64,000 nucleotides of DNA, from the NCBI GenBank assembly GCA_938092135.1, contig CALLJL010000008.1, forward strand, positions 64,019 to 128,018, in the 5' to 3' direction. The DNA comes from an uncultured bacterium. GTDB lineage: Bacteria > Acidobacteriota > Aminicenantia > Aminicenantales > CALLJL01. The position numbers and the translations under genes are program-made. Below the pieces are notes generated by a model that worked only from the letters and a program-made list of their open reading frames with translations, had not been told where the DNA came from and searched no databases. Shown here piece by piece: positions 18,214-27,867 of this stretch (its first letter is position 1; every line of letters starts with the position of its first letter).

Positions 18214-20033
18214 AATTCCGCCTCCCCTTCTTCTGGAAATTGAAGATCATATAATTTGCGGTAAATTCCATTGAGGGTATAAAGTTCTTCGTGGGTTCCC
18301 ATTTCCACAATCCTACCCCTATCAACCACCAAAATTCTATCGGCATGGCGAACCGTCCAGATTCGATGGGCAATAATAATTGTCGTTCTTTCTTTAACTA
18401 TATTGCTCAAAGCAAGTTGAATAAGCCTTTCTGATTCTGAATCCAGAGCAGAAGTGGCTTCGTCTAGGATGAGGACAGCAGGATTTCTGACAATTGCCCG
18501 GGCCAGGGCAATTCTTTGCCTTTGTCCGCTTGAAAGCAGCCCCCCTTTCTCACCAATTAAAGTATCATATCCCTGAGGTAGGGCCATAATGAAATCATGA
18601 GCCATAGCCAATTGGGCAGCGGCGATAATCCTCTCGAGGGGAATATCATTCTGGCCATAGGCAATATTATTCCTCACTGTATCATTAAAAAGAATAATGT
18701 CTTGAGTAACCAGACCAATTTGACGTCGCAGGCAAGATAGCTTAATTTTCTTGATATCCAGACCATCAATGAGGATGCGACCGGAAGTGGGTTCATAAAA
18801 ACGAGTCAATAAATTGATGATGGTCGTTTTGCCAGCACCGCTTAAACCAACAATCGCTACCGTCTCCTTAGGCTTAACATCAAAGCTCACATTCACCAGG
18901 GCTGGCCTATCTTGATTATAGGCAAAACTAACATTTTCGAAGGTGATCCTTCCCTCAACCTTATCCAGCCCTACAGCTTCGGGATGATCCTGTATCTGGG
19001 GTGTCATTTCGAAAATTTCTTTGACCCTCTGATAACAGGCTACAGCCTGTTGGAGGACATTGTTCGCTCGATTAAGTCGATTGATGGGCGTGTACATCAT
19101 GAAGATGGCCAGAACGAAGGCACCAAAATCGCCAGCGGAAATAAAGCCTTCAGCAATTCGTCGGGTGCCAACAAAGAGGATAAAAGCCCCTACAGCTCCT
19201 CCAATGAATTCCATGAAAGGGGAGGAAAGGCTGCCAATCCAAGCTAATTTAAGCATGGTTTTAAAATAATCACGGGTGGCGGCAAAAAAGCGCTTAAGCT
19301 CAAATTCTTCCGCGGTGAAAGCTTTAACAATTTTGTTTCCAGTAATTGTCTCATGGATAAGATTATAAATCTGGCTCATTTTTTTCTGACCGGCCAGACT
19401 TTTCTTTTTGAGCTGATGACTAAAAATGGCCAGAGGAATGATGGCTAAAGGAGTTATCACCACCGAAGCCATAGCTAGACGAAAATCAATGATAAAAACG
19501 CCTATGAGCAAAGCCAGAAGAACAAAAATTTCTTCAATAAAATCAGCCAGACTGCCAGAGATCGCTTGATGAATTTTATCAATATCATTGGTCAGTCTGG
19601 TCATTAAATCGCCCGTTGGAATTCGATCAAAAAATCCAGCTGATTGACGCATCATATGATTAAATAGATCATCCCGCAATCTCTTGATTACTCGATGGCC
19701 GGCCGCCTTCATTAAATAGGAAGAAAGAAAAGTAAATAAGCCCTTTCCAAAAACGACAACTAAAACCAAAACAGGTAAAAACCAGATGAGCTCCTCTTTC
19801 GACAGCTGGAAACGCTGGAGAATAAAATTCATTAGCCTGAACTTCCCTCCTGAAGTTTCAGGAACGAGGGAAGAATTCTGCCCTGATGAAATAATGAGCT
19901 CATCAACAATTGGCTGAACCAGGTTAACGAAAAGATAAGTAAAAGCGGCGACAAAAAGAGAGCAGATAAAAGCAAAAAGAAGATACTTTTTTTCCTGCCA
20001 GACTAATTTAATTAAATTGAAAACATCTTTCAT
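18210..20033 (-). CDS. ABC exporter, fused permease/ATPase (MsbA/lipid A exporter-like)
   Basis: Six N-terminal TM helices, Walker A GLSGAGKTT, ABC signature LSSGQRQRIALARA, Walker B ILILDEATSALD. Confidence 0.85.
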   Translation of the reverse strand: MKDVFNLIKLVWQEKKYLLFAFICSLFVAAFTYLFVNLVQPIVDELIISSGQNSSLVPETSGGKFRLMNFILQRFQLSKEELIWFLPVLVLVVVFGKGLFTFLSSYLMKAAGHRVIKRLRDDLFNHMMRQSAGFFDRIPTGDLMTRLTNDIDKIHQAISGSLADFIEEIFVLLALLIGVFIIDFRLAMASVVITPLAIIPLAIFSHQLKKKSLAGQKKMSQIYNLIHETITGNKIVKAFTAEEFELKRFFAATRDYFKTMLKLAWIGSLSSPFMEFIGGAVGAFILFVGTRRIAEGFISAGDFGAFVLAIFMMYTPINRLNRANNVLQQAVACYQRVKEIFEMTPQIQDHPEAVGLDKVEGRITFENVSFAYNQDRPALVNVSFDVKPKETVAIVGLSGAGKTTIINLLTRFYEPTSGRILIDGLDIKKIKLSCLRRQIGLVTQDIILFNDTVRNNIAYGQNDIPLERIIAAAQLAMAHDFIMALPQGYDTLIGEKGGLLSSGQRQRIALARAIVRNPAVLILDEATSALDSESERLIQLALSNIVKERTTIIIAHRIWTVRHADRILVVDRGRIVEMGTHEELYTLNGIYRKLYDLQFPEEGEAEF

Positions 20034-21073
20034 GATACCGGGGAAACCTCATCCCGGCGATTGAATAAAAAGCGAGCAATTTCTAGGGCATTGAGGGCTG
20101 AGCCACAGATTAAATTATCAGCAATAGCCCAGATCCAAAGGCCCTGAGGAAAAGTCTCTTCCTGTTTGAGCTGACCAATAAATATTTCTTCTTTACCAGC
20201 AACTGAAACGGAATTGACGGTTAGTCGTTTTCGGGCATCGGCCAGTTTGAAAAGGGGATTGGTCTGAAAAAGGGCTTCTATTTCTTTAATGCTCACCGTC
20301 TTTTCAAATTCAAGATAAGTCATAATGCCATAGGTATGAAAAACGGGCACTTGAACTAAAGAAAGAGAGATGGGAAGCTTGGGATCGCGCAGAACTCGCC
20401 TCACTTCAGCCATAATCATCTTTTCATTGGCCGTGAAGCCGTCAGGACCGGCTTTTTCAATGGGCGCGAGTAAATTAAAGGCTACTTGCTCCCGAAAGAC
20501 TTTCTTTTTTAAAGAAGCTGCGCTGAGAAGAGAAACGCTCTGATTCGCTAACTCCTCAATGCCCGGCTCACCAAAGGCGGAAGCAGGTTGCATCACAAAG
20601 GCGAGGACTTTAGCCAGCCCAAATTTGGGCTTGAGGAGATGGAGAAGATGGGACAGGATAATTGTGGCCGGATGGGGATTACTGATTAGAAAGGCATCCT
20701 GTTCAATGATAACTTCTTCATTGATTCCGGCCACGACGACAGGAATTTTCTCATCCATGGAGAAGGTTTGATGAAGATCAATGGCCCGGAACTTTTTCTC
20801 AAGAGCCAATTCTCCGCACCGGCGATTAGTAGCCTCATCAGCGGCTAAAAAGACAAGATCGAGACCTTCGAGCAAAGAAAAATCAAGGTGATGAATCACC
20901 CTGGGCTCAGCCGCAAATTCCGTGAGCTTACTATATTCTTCTTCGACCTCAGGATCATAAAATTCGATGGTCGTCAGAGGAAAACGCTTTTCAGCCAAAA
21001 CATTCTTTATTTCCTGGGCTCGCAAGGAATCTGTGCCCACCAAAGCTACGCGAAAGGGCTTCCTTTCAACCAT
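20030..21073 (-). CDS. aspartate-semialdehyde dehydrogenase homolog lacking the catalytic Cys and the GxxGxxG motif (probable pseudoenzyme)
   Basis: Whole-length colinearity with Asd; the C-terminal DNLICGSALNALEIARFL matches Asd DNLLKGAAWNSVQIAEYL. The catalytic-Cys motif NPNCST reads ISNPHPATI, and GATGAVG reads GTDSLRA. Confidence 0.7.
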   Translation of the reverse strand: MVERKPFRVALVGTDSLRAQEIKNVLAEKRFPLTTIEFYDPEVEEEYSKLTEFAAEPRVIHHLDFSLLEGLDLVFLAADEATNRRCGELALEKKFRAIDLHQTFSMDEKIPVVVAGINEEVIIEQDAFLISNPHPATIILSHLLHLLKPKFGLAKVLAFVMQPASAFGEPGIEELANQSVSLLSAASLKKKVFREQVAFNLLAPIEKAGPDGFTANEKMIMAEVRRVLRDPKLPISLSLVQVPVFHTYGIMTYLEFEKTVSIKEIEALFQTNPLFKLADARKRLTVNSVSVAGKEEIFIGQLKQEETFPQGLWIWAIADNLICGSALNALEIARFLFNRRDEVSPVS

Positions 21074-21083
21074 GGCTGTGAAA

Positions 21084-21305
21084 TTAAAACGATTTCTGTC
21101 TTTCCTGCATCATAAAATACATTTTATCTTTTAGAGCTAACTTTTTCTTCTTGAGCATCCTTTCTTCCACCGCCTCCTCTTCGGTCAAAGCGCCTTTGTG
21201 ACGGAGAAATTCAAGCCTCTCTTCGCACAGGCGATGTTCTTCCACAAGCCTCCTAAATTCTTCGCTTTCCTGAAGGAGACGCTCTCTCAGCCTCTTTTCA
21301 TCCAT
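21084..21305 (-). CDS. DUF465/YdcH-family small protein
   Basis: 73 aa. C-terminal KKKKLALKDKMYFMMQ matches the DUF465 signature KKxKLxLKDEMxxxL. Confidence 0.7.
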   Translation of the reverse strand: MDEKRLRERLLQESEEFRRLVEEHRLCEERLEFLRHKGALTEEEAVEERMLKKKKLALKDKMYFMMQERQKSF

Positions 21306-21351
21306 CAGAGCCTCACCTCCATCGAAAGAATATCATAAGGCCTGGAATAAT

Positions 21352-22332
21352 TCAAACCAGCGAAACCTCGAAAATTTTCTCCAATCGCTTGGCCAAAGCT
21401 TCCCAGGTAAATTCCAGGATTTTCTGGCGGCCGGCTTCGGCTAATCGGCATCGAAGGTTTTCATCGCGGATAAGCTTTTCTATATTCTTGGCCAAAAGAA
21501 TGGGAATTGGCCAGCGGACAACTAAGGCAGTCTTCCCAGGAAGGGCAAAATCTTCGGTTCCGCTAGCTGTACAGACGACAGGCACCCGGCAGGCCATAGC
21601 TTCAGCAGCGGGATTAGACCAGCCAGCCCGCCATTCAGCACTGACGAAGAGATCGGCCTGGGAATAAAGCCAGGCCATAGAGCTTTGCGGCAGATTCCAG
21701 AAAAAATCATGGGGAACTGAAGTCCTGATAAGCTGACGGGGGTCCCGGGTTTCACCCTGAACCGGCGAATCAAAAAGGAGAAGCTTTATCTGGGGGTATC
21801 TTCTCCACAGCTTTTCCACGGCCCTAATAACAAGATGAATCCCCTTTCTCCGGCGATAGATCCGGCCATAGCAGAGAATACGAAATTCCTTTTTCGAACC
21901 TTCCCTTTCGACGGGATAAAAAATCTCAGGATTTATTCCCCCAGGCGCGAGCTCACAATGAAGGCCGTATCGCTTCTTAAGGCGGCGGTAAAGACCGGTG
22001 GAATTAACTAAAAACCGAAAAGGAAGTCGGGCAACATGCTTTTCCAGACGATGACCCGCGAGAACAAAGTAGAAAAATTTTCTCCTGGCTCGAATCCCCT
22101 GAAATTCTCTCAGAAGGGAGTATTCAGAGCAAAGGGCAATATCATGATCGTCCTGGTTTAAAGCCGAAAAAGGCCTTATTTCTCCATTAAATGCGAGCCA
22201 AGAAGGGGGCCGGCCTTCGGGAGTGTAAAGGACAAATTCGTGACCAAGACGGACAAATTCATTCCCCAGTTCAAGGTAGCGCCGCACTCCTCCATAGATT
22301 TCCATATGAGGAAGCAGAGCAGCTATTCTCAT
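21352..22332 (-). CDS. glycosyltransferase, GT4 (family 1) fold
   Basis: N-terminus MRIAALLPHMEIYGGVRRYLELGNEFVRLGHEFVLYTP and C-terminal EAMACRVPVVCTASGTEDF (E-x7-E region) fit retaining GT4 enzymes. Confidence 0.75.
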   Translation of the reverse strand: MRIAALLPHMEIYGGVRRYLELGNEFVRLGHEFVLYTPEGRPPSWLAFNGEIRPFSALNQDDHDIALCSEYSLLREFQGIRARRKFFYFVLAGHRLEKHVARLPFRFLVNSTGLYRRLKKRYGLHCELAPGGINPEIFYPVEREGSKKEFRILCYGRIYRRRKGIHLVIRAVEKLWRRYPQIKLLLFDSPVQGETRDPRQLIRTSVPHDFFWNLPQSSMAWLYSQADLFVSAEWRAGWSNPAAEAMACRVPVVCTASGTEDFALPGKTALVVRWPIPILLAKNIEKLIRDENLRCRLAEAGRQKILEFTWEALAKRLEKIFEVSLV

Positions 22333-24461
22333 TTTGGAATCAAAAATCTATTTTTCTAATAGCAAAAGCATAAAAGAGAGGCAACCTTATTTTTTCTTTT
22401 TATTTCATCAATAATGTTTTGCCGTCGATTCTATAAAAAAGTCGTTTTATTTTAAAATTATAAAAAAATATTATCGCTCTTCTTTCCTTTACGAGAAAAA
22501 TTGAACAAAATCCTAATTAATTGCCTCAGGCAAAAACAAACGATAATTTGGATATTTCTTGGCGGCGTTATTTTTAGCCATAAGAAGATAATATTTTCTT
22601 AATAGCAGTTAAGTTGCTTTTATTTTCTTAGCTCCTCTTTTGATTAATATAGGAAATAGTTTAACAAGATATTTTACCAAGCTTCAGGCCGCCAAGCTAA
22701 AAGGTCAAAGCCCGAGCCCAGTTGCGCCTCTTAATCTCTATTCAGATGAAATTCCTATTTATGGCGTTCTGGTTATTTTGGTTGCTTAATTCTCACCTCT
22801 AATCCGATAGTTTGCCTCTTGGCTATCTTCATCCAAAAATTTATCCACCTCCAGCCAGAAAACAACTCAATTTCGCATCGATTTTCAGGGAGGAGCCGAA
22901 TCGGTTTTTAAGTAGATTTTGATTTGGGAAACATCATAATTATTCCGCTTTAGGCGATGTCTCTATAATCTTGACAAGCTCTTTTTTTGTTAGCCTTTTT
23001 ATGGGAAATTCCCAAGAATTGGGGTAATTATTTTATTGTTTTCTTTTATGACCATCATCATAGCTCAAGGAAAAAATGCTCGATCTATTCCCTCTTTGTT
23101 TAAGCACCTGGACCCCTATTTGAGGCAGGATGAACCGGCAATTTTTATGATATATTAAGTAGATACTTTCTTTTGTCCGATTATTCATCTTGATGAGATT
23201 CTAGCCAAAAAAAAGTTAATCCTTTTGATATTTCATCCCGGTTTCAGCGAGGAAGATATAGAGAATTTTAAATATGCCTTCAAAATCCCATCTGAAGCCC
23301 GCTTCCTTAGAATGAATGAGAGGTGGCTGAAACTTTTTTGAAGTTGCAGGAGAATAATAAAGATAAAAACAAGGGATTCTTCAACTATCACCTTGATATA
23401 TCCAGAGGAAAAATCAAGGCTATCGAGGCTTTCTAATGAATATTCGTTCTGTTATCGTCTTTATCCTATTTTTTGTGTTCGAATCTATCTTTTATTATGA
23501 CAAGACCAATCTTCAATGCGTTGATGTTTATTTTCTGAGCTTTATCAATACAACCGTCGAGGAATTTTGGTCAGAAAAATGACAATTGAAGAAGATGACC
23601 ATATAGTAAAAGAAAGTAAAAAATATTATCTCAGCCAGGGTCAAAAAAGGACACCTGACAAAGGAGGATTCCATTTCTATAAAAATTGATTTTTGATCTT
23701 GGGTGCATGCTCCTTTGAGGATAGTTTATTTTTCTTGCAAGAAGAAGGAACTGACGTAAAGGCCAAGAAAATGAGAATATTGGAATTCCACGAAAAAGAC
23801 ATTGGTCAATTGAGAAGGTACTTATTTGAGATTGGAACTGGAGATGCGCTTGAAGATTTTGGCGTATGGGAGTCGACCAAATTTTCATTAAATTTTTATT
23901 TTTTTATCTACGACGATAAACAACAAGAATTTTTAAATAAAAAAATTTAAGGAGGTTGGAGAATGAATCGGATTTGGCCAAAAAATCTGTTATTGTCCAT
24001 TATAATTGCGGCTTGATTCACAATGTTTTCTATTTATTTTGTTGGGATAATAAGCGCTGATGAGCCCGTTCCCGTAAAATGCAAGGAATATTTTTCACGC
24101 TAGACTGACGGTGGAGGCCATGCTCAAAGAGGCTTGACAGCCCAGAATTGCCAAATCAGATAAGGTCCTCCTGGATCTGAGGTAACTGTGTGCACAGTTC
24201 CCCAGTATTAACAATATCTTTCACTAATTCTATGACAATAAGAATTTTTTAACGCAGAAGGACAAGACTAAGAGGGATTTTATTCAATTGTTTCCCCTTT
24301 TTCCTAAAGTTATCAATACTTATTGTCGTAATAGGCTTTGGAGCCTAGGCCGTCGACTCTTTAGCCAGACAAAGAGGCTAACTTCGAAAAAATGGTGGCT
24401 TTTTTGCTTAACCCTAAGCGACTAACACTTCATCAACCAATTACCAATCACTTAAATTTGA

Positions 24462-24490
24462 CCTTTGTTGCCCTGGGGCCTTTGTTGCCC
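24462..24490. repeat. 12-nt direct repeat CCTTTGTTGCCC x2 separated by TGGGG
   Basis: Read directly at 24462-24473 and 24479-24490, inside the ORF-free block upstream of tRNA-Phe. Confidence 0.6.
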
Positions 24491-24855
24491 CACTTGATCT
24501 CTCAGCAGCTCTCGATGGCCACTTAGGCAATTTTAATTTTTTTACAATTTCCTCTCTGACCTAAAAGCAAAGCCAATCGTTCTTCCGTTTTTTTAGCTTG
24601 TCTGCGATGTTTTGGCTACTCTAAGCTCCTTGCACTTAAATATTGTTGCCTCTCTAGAAAATCTATTTGAAAACCAATTATTGCCTAAAGTAACAAGAAT
24701 CTATAAGAAAATTTAGGCTTTTTTTCATGTTTTTTTGAAGCGCCAGACTTATCCCTGGGCGGGTCGATTTCTGCCATTTAGCTTCACTAAATACAGCTCC
24801 TGATAGGTTAACCGGAGTCGGTTCTTATAGATTTTAAGGGAGGCAATTCTCCATA

Positions 24856-24884
24856 TTGACAAGAAAGGAAAAGAAAAATATACT
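24856..24884 (+). promoter_or_regulatory. sigma70-like promoter for tRNA-Phe (TTGACA-17-TATACT)
   Basis: TTGACA at 24856-24861, 17-nt spacer, TATACT at 24879-24884. The tRNA starts 23 nt downstream. Confidence 0.5.
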
Positions 24885-24907
24885 TTTTAAAGAAAGTAAG
24901 TTATAGT

Positions 24908-24980
24908 GGCCAGGTAGCTCAGTCGGTAGAGCGAGGGACTGAAAATCCCTGCGTCGGCGGTTCGATTCCGTCCCTGGCCA
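24908..24980 (+). tRNA. tRNA-Phe (anticodon GAA)
   Basis: Hand-folded cloverleaf. Acceptor stem GGCCAGG/CCTGGCC, D-arm GCTC-AGTCGGTA-GAGC, anticodon stem AGGGA/TCCCT with loop CTGAAAA, T-arm GGCGG-TTCGATT-CCGTC, discriminator A. CCA is not encoded. Confidence 0.9.
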
Positions 24981-25216
24981 CATTTTTTATTTAAGAAATT
25001 TTAAAACTTCCTCAGGAATCAAAGTTTAAGAAAAAATATTAATTTTCTTAAGTCCTGAAAATTAAATTCTTTTTCGTTGTCTGTTTAGGTTCGAAAAAAC
25101 AAATTTAGATATGCCTTTCTCTCGCCTCTTGAAACCGACAAAAAAGGAAAACTTAGGATTATAAAGATTAAAAGCTTAGGCTTTAGAGTTAAAAGCTTAT
25201 ATCTTGATCAAATTAT

Positions 25217-26068
25217 TTATAGCACCGACATTTTCTTTCTAATTAAAATTAAATTGGCCTGAAAAAAGCCAAGCCAATCGCCGGCATCAAGACGCCTGTA
25301 AGGGCAGAGAAGCCCATAAAGAATTCTTTCCCTCGTCCATTGCCTTAAAGCATCTGTAAGTTGAATCTCTTGATTTCTATCAGGACGAGTCCTTTCAAGG
25401 TAGGCCATTATCTCTGGCTCAAGAACTGCTCTTCCCCAGACACCAAAGCGAGATTTGGCTTTCTGAGGGCCAGGTTTTTCCTCAACATCTTTGATTAAAT
25501 AAAGACCTTCCTGCTCCTTTGGCTTAACCTCGGCAACAGCCACTTTCTCTGTCTCCTCTTTTTTTATTTTTCCCAGAAGAATAACTGAGGCCTTCAGCTC
25601 GGCCCAGGCTTCAAGGAGAAGGCTTAAACAGGGTTTCCGGCCAAGATAGATATTATCAGGGTTAAGGAGGGCAAAGGGTTCATCAGCAATAAAATCACGG
25701 GCGCTCAGGAGGGCGTGGCCTAAACCACGCCTTTCCGATTGATAAATAAAGGTTATTTTAGCCCGGCGGGGCATGGACAAAATTTCCCTATATATTTCCT
25801 CCTGTCCCTTCTTTTTCACAAGCCTCTCGAGTCGTTCATCGGGAAGGAAAAATTTTTTTATGGCTTCCTTTTCGGGATGAATGATAATCCCAATTTCCTT
25901 GAGACCACAGGCCAGGGCCTCCTCCCAGGCATATTGAATCATAGGCTTTCCAGCTACGGGCAATAATTCCTTGGGTACTGCCTTGGTCACCGGAAAAAGC
26001 CTTAGGCCATAACCGGCAGCAGGGATAATTGCTTTCCGAATTATTCTTTTTCCCATCCTTAAAGACAA
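25217..26068 (-). CDS. galU: UTP--glucose-1-phosphate uridylyltransferase-like nucleotidyltransferase
   Basis: RKAIIPAAGYGLRLFPVTKAVPKELLPVAGKPMIQY matches the GalU N-terminal motif. RGLGHALLSARDFIADEPFALLNPDNIY matches the GalU active-site region. Confidence 0.7.
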   Translation of the reverse strand: MSLRMGKRIIRKAIIPAAGYGLRLFPVTKAVPKELLPVAGKPMIQYAWEEALACGLKEIGIIIHPEKEAIKKFFLPDERLERLVKKKGQEEIYREILSMPRRAKITFIYQSERRGLGHALLSARDFIADEPFALLNPDNIYLGRKPCLSLLLEAWAELKASVILLGKIKKEETEKVAVAEVKPKEQEGLYLIKDVEEKPGPQKAKSRFGVWGRAVLEPEIMAYLERTRPDRNQEIQLTDALRQWTRERILYGLLCPYRRLDAGDWLGFFQANLILIRKKMSVL

Positions 26069-26321
26069 AAGTTTTATTTAAAATTAAAGTTTCAGTCTCT
26101 TTTACTTATTCAAAATTTCCATCATTTTTGAAGCGGCTCGCCTAAAGTATTTTTTAAATTGAATTAATTTTTCTTGCTTATTTTCTTCTTAGAAATTATT
26201 TTCTTCCCTTTAATTTTAATTAATAATGGAATTTTAAAATTTCCAAATTTATTTAAAGGATTCAGCCGGATTTTCGGCCAACAAATCGGCTAATTTAGTA
26301 ATCAACCTGGCTAGGGAATGA

Positions 26322-27632
26322 TCAGAAACGGTAGCTTATGGAAAGATTGGGAACGATGAGGGTCATATTGTAAATTCCGGGCATAGCTGAATGATACTCT
26401 GGCTTCGTCAAGACATCAACATAGCTTATCTTTCTTTCCTGCCCCTGAAGATATTCAAATCCAAAATCAAGCTTTAAATCACCAAGAGCATAGCCGACAC
26501 CAAAGGTAAGGACATTGAAATTGTAGCTCGGCAGAAGGACATTCATTGTCGTATCAGGCGCGGGGGAAGGATCCCAGTAATAACCGGCTCTAATAGCCCA
26601 GTTATTGGGCAAAACATATTCAGCTCCGACTCTCATCTGCATCACACTTTTCCAGTGCATTTCTCTCACGTCATCGCCGCTTAAAGCCATAAGCAGTTTC
26701 CAGCCGGGATCAAGAAAATCGGTCTTCATAACATCGATGGTTTTCCATTCTGACCACTGAAGATCAGCCGTCAGCGTGAGGCGGTCCACCGGTTTAAAGG
26801 CTAAACCGAAGGCTAACCAGGTGGGCCAGGTGACATTCCTCTCAAGATCTGATTCCTTGCTCAGCCCAAGAAGATAGATGTTGGAGATGGAAGCACTTCC
26901 TTTAAATTTCACTGTGCTTCTCGTGCGATAGGTAGCTCCGAAGCTCACCTTTTCGGTCGGCCTCACCAGAATACCCAGGGTTGCTCCAATCCCCCAGCCA
27001 CTCATGCTTTCCTCATATTGCCCGAGATCAACTTTATAAGGCGGAACTGGAATAGCAGCTGAACCAGCATGGGTTGCAATGTCGAAGGAACCATAATTAA
27101 AATTCAGGGTTGCTCCAACGTAAATTTGATCGCTAATCTTATAAGCAATGGCCGGGGCGATACTAACGACACCGATGCGACTTCTCCAGTCATAAGTCTT
27201 GTTTTCAGCAATGGCTGCAAAATCAGAGCCATCCCAGCTGGCTCCAAGCCCGGAAGGAACATAAACTCCGAATCCGGCCACAAGGTTATCAGTTAAGGGC
27301 TGATAAAAGGCGGCCAAGCCGGCTAAATAATGTTTGGACTCGGTTTTGGCATTGACTATGGTCAATGTGCCCACCCCAGCCACAGGCACCTCAAGTTTAT
27401 ATTTTCCTGAAGGAATAAGATCGACGCCATAAAAACCGAAATAGCGAGTCTTAAAAAGAGCAATGCCAGCAGGATTCCAGTAAATGGCGCTATAGTCATC
27501 AGCCAGACCAACAAAGGCACCACCCATTGCTAAAGCCCTAGAACCTAAACTATTCAGATTAAGACCATTGGCTAAAAGAGAAAGGGGCAGGAACAGGAAG
27601 AGGACGATGTAATAAAGCTTAAATTTTCTCAT
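26322..27632 (-). CDS. outer-membrane beta-barrel protein, FadL/OmpP1/TodX-like
   Basis: Start reassigned to the ATG at 27632, which has an AGGAGG RBS. Signal peptide present. N-terminal GSRALAMGGAFVGLADDYSAIYWNPAG resembles the FadL-family hatch motif. Alternating amphipathic strands and a C-terminal aromatic (...SISYRF). Confidence 0.55.
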   Translation of the reverse strand: MRKFKLYYIVLFLFLPLSLLANGLNLNSLGSRALAMGGAFVGLADDYSAIYWNPAGIALFKTRYFGFYGVDLIPSGKYKLEVPVAGVGTLTIVNAKTESKHYLAGLAAFYQPLTDNLVAGFGVYVPSGLGASWDGSDFAAIAENKTYDWRSRIGVVSIAPAIAYKISDQIYVGATLNFNYGSFDIATHAGSAAIPVPPYKVDLGQYEESMSGWGIGATLGILVRPTEKVSFGATYRTRSTVKFKGSASISNIYLLGLSKESDLERNVTWPTWLAFGLAFKPVDRLTLTADLQWSEWKTIDVMKTDFLDPGWKLLMALSGDDVREMHWKSVMQMRVGAEYVLPNNWAIRAGYYWDPSPAPDTTMNVLLPSYNFNVLTFGVGYALGDLKLDFGFEYLQGQERKISYVDVLTKPEYHSAMPGIYNMTLIVPNLSISYRF

Positions 27633-27867
27633 GGCTATCCTCCTTTCTTCAATTTTTTTTGCTTTTATCATATTAATCAACATATATCAAGACGAAATTT
27701 AAAGATGGCGATTATAAGAGCAAAGCATTGGCCAACTTGCTTATTGTTTAAATTTTCATGAAAGAAATTATTAATTAAGTAAAAAAGAATAATAAAAATT
27801 TTGTTTGCCTAAAATTATCAAATGAGCAGAAAAAAGATAAAGGAGGTAAAAATCAAAACTTTTTCCA

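Noticed and set aside
24757-24780. tRNA-Phe T-arm-like fragment (GGCGGGTCGATTTCTGCC) ~130 nt upstream of the tRNA, a possible att-site direct repeat.
   Set aside because: The similarity is short and gapped. An integrase-generated repeat of the tRNA 3' end would be expected downstream of the tRNA, not upstream. Most likely chance.
22333-24907. tmRNA, RNase P RNA or SRP RNA hidden in the gene desert.
   Set aside because: I searched by eye for the conserved cores (RNase P GGAAAGTCCGG and ACAGAACCCGGCTTA; SRP GGAAGGAAGCAGC; tmRNA 5' GGGG... plus a 3' tRNA-like end with CCA). None is present.
25160-25200. Direct repeat TTAAAAGCTTAGG / TTAAAAGCTTATA downstream of galU, a possible terminator or repeat element.
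   Set aside because: Only two short copies built around a HindIII palindrome, with a weak 5-bp hairpin and no convincing U-tract. Likely chance in AT-rich DNA.
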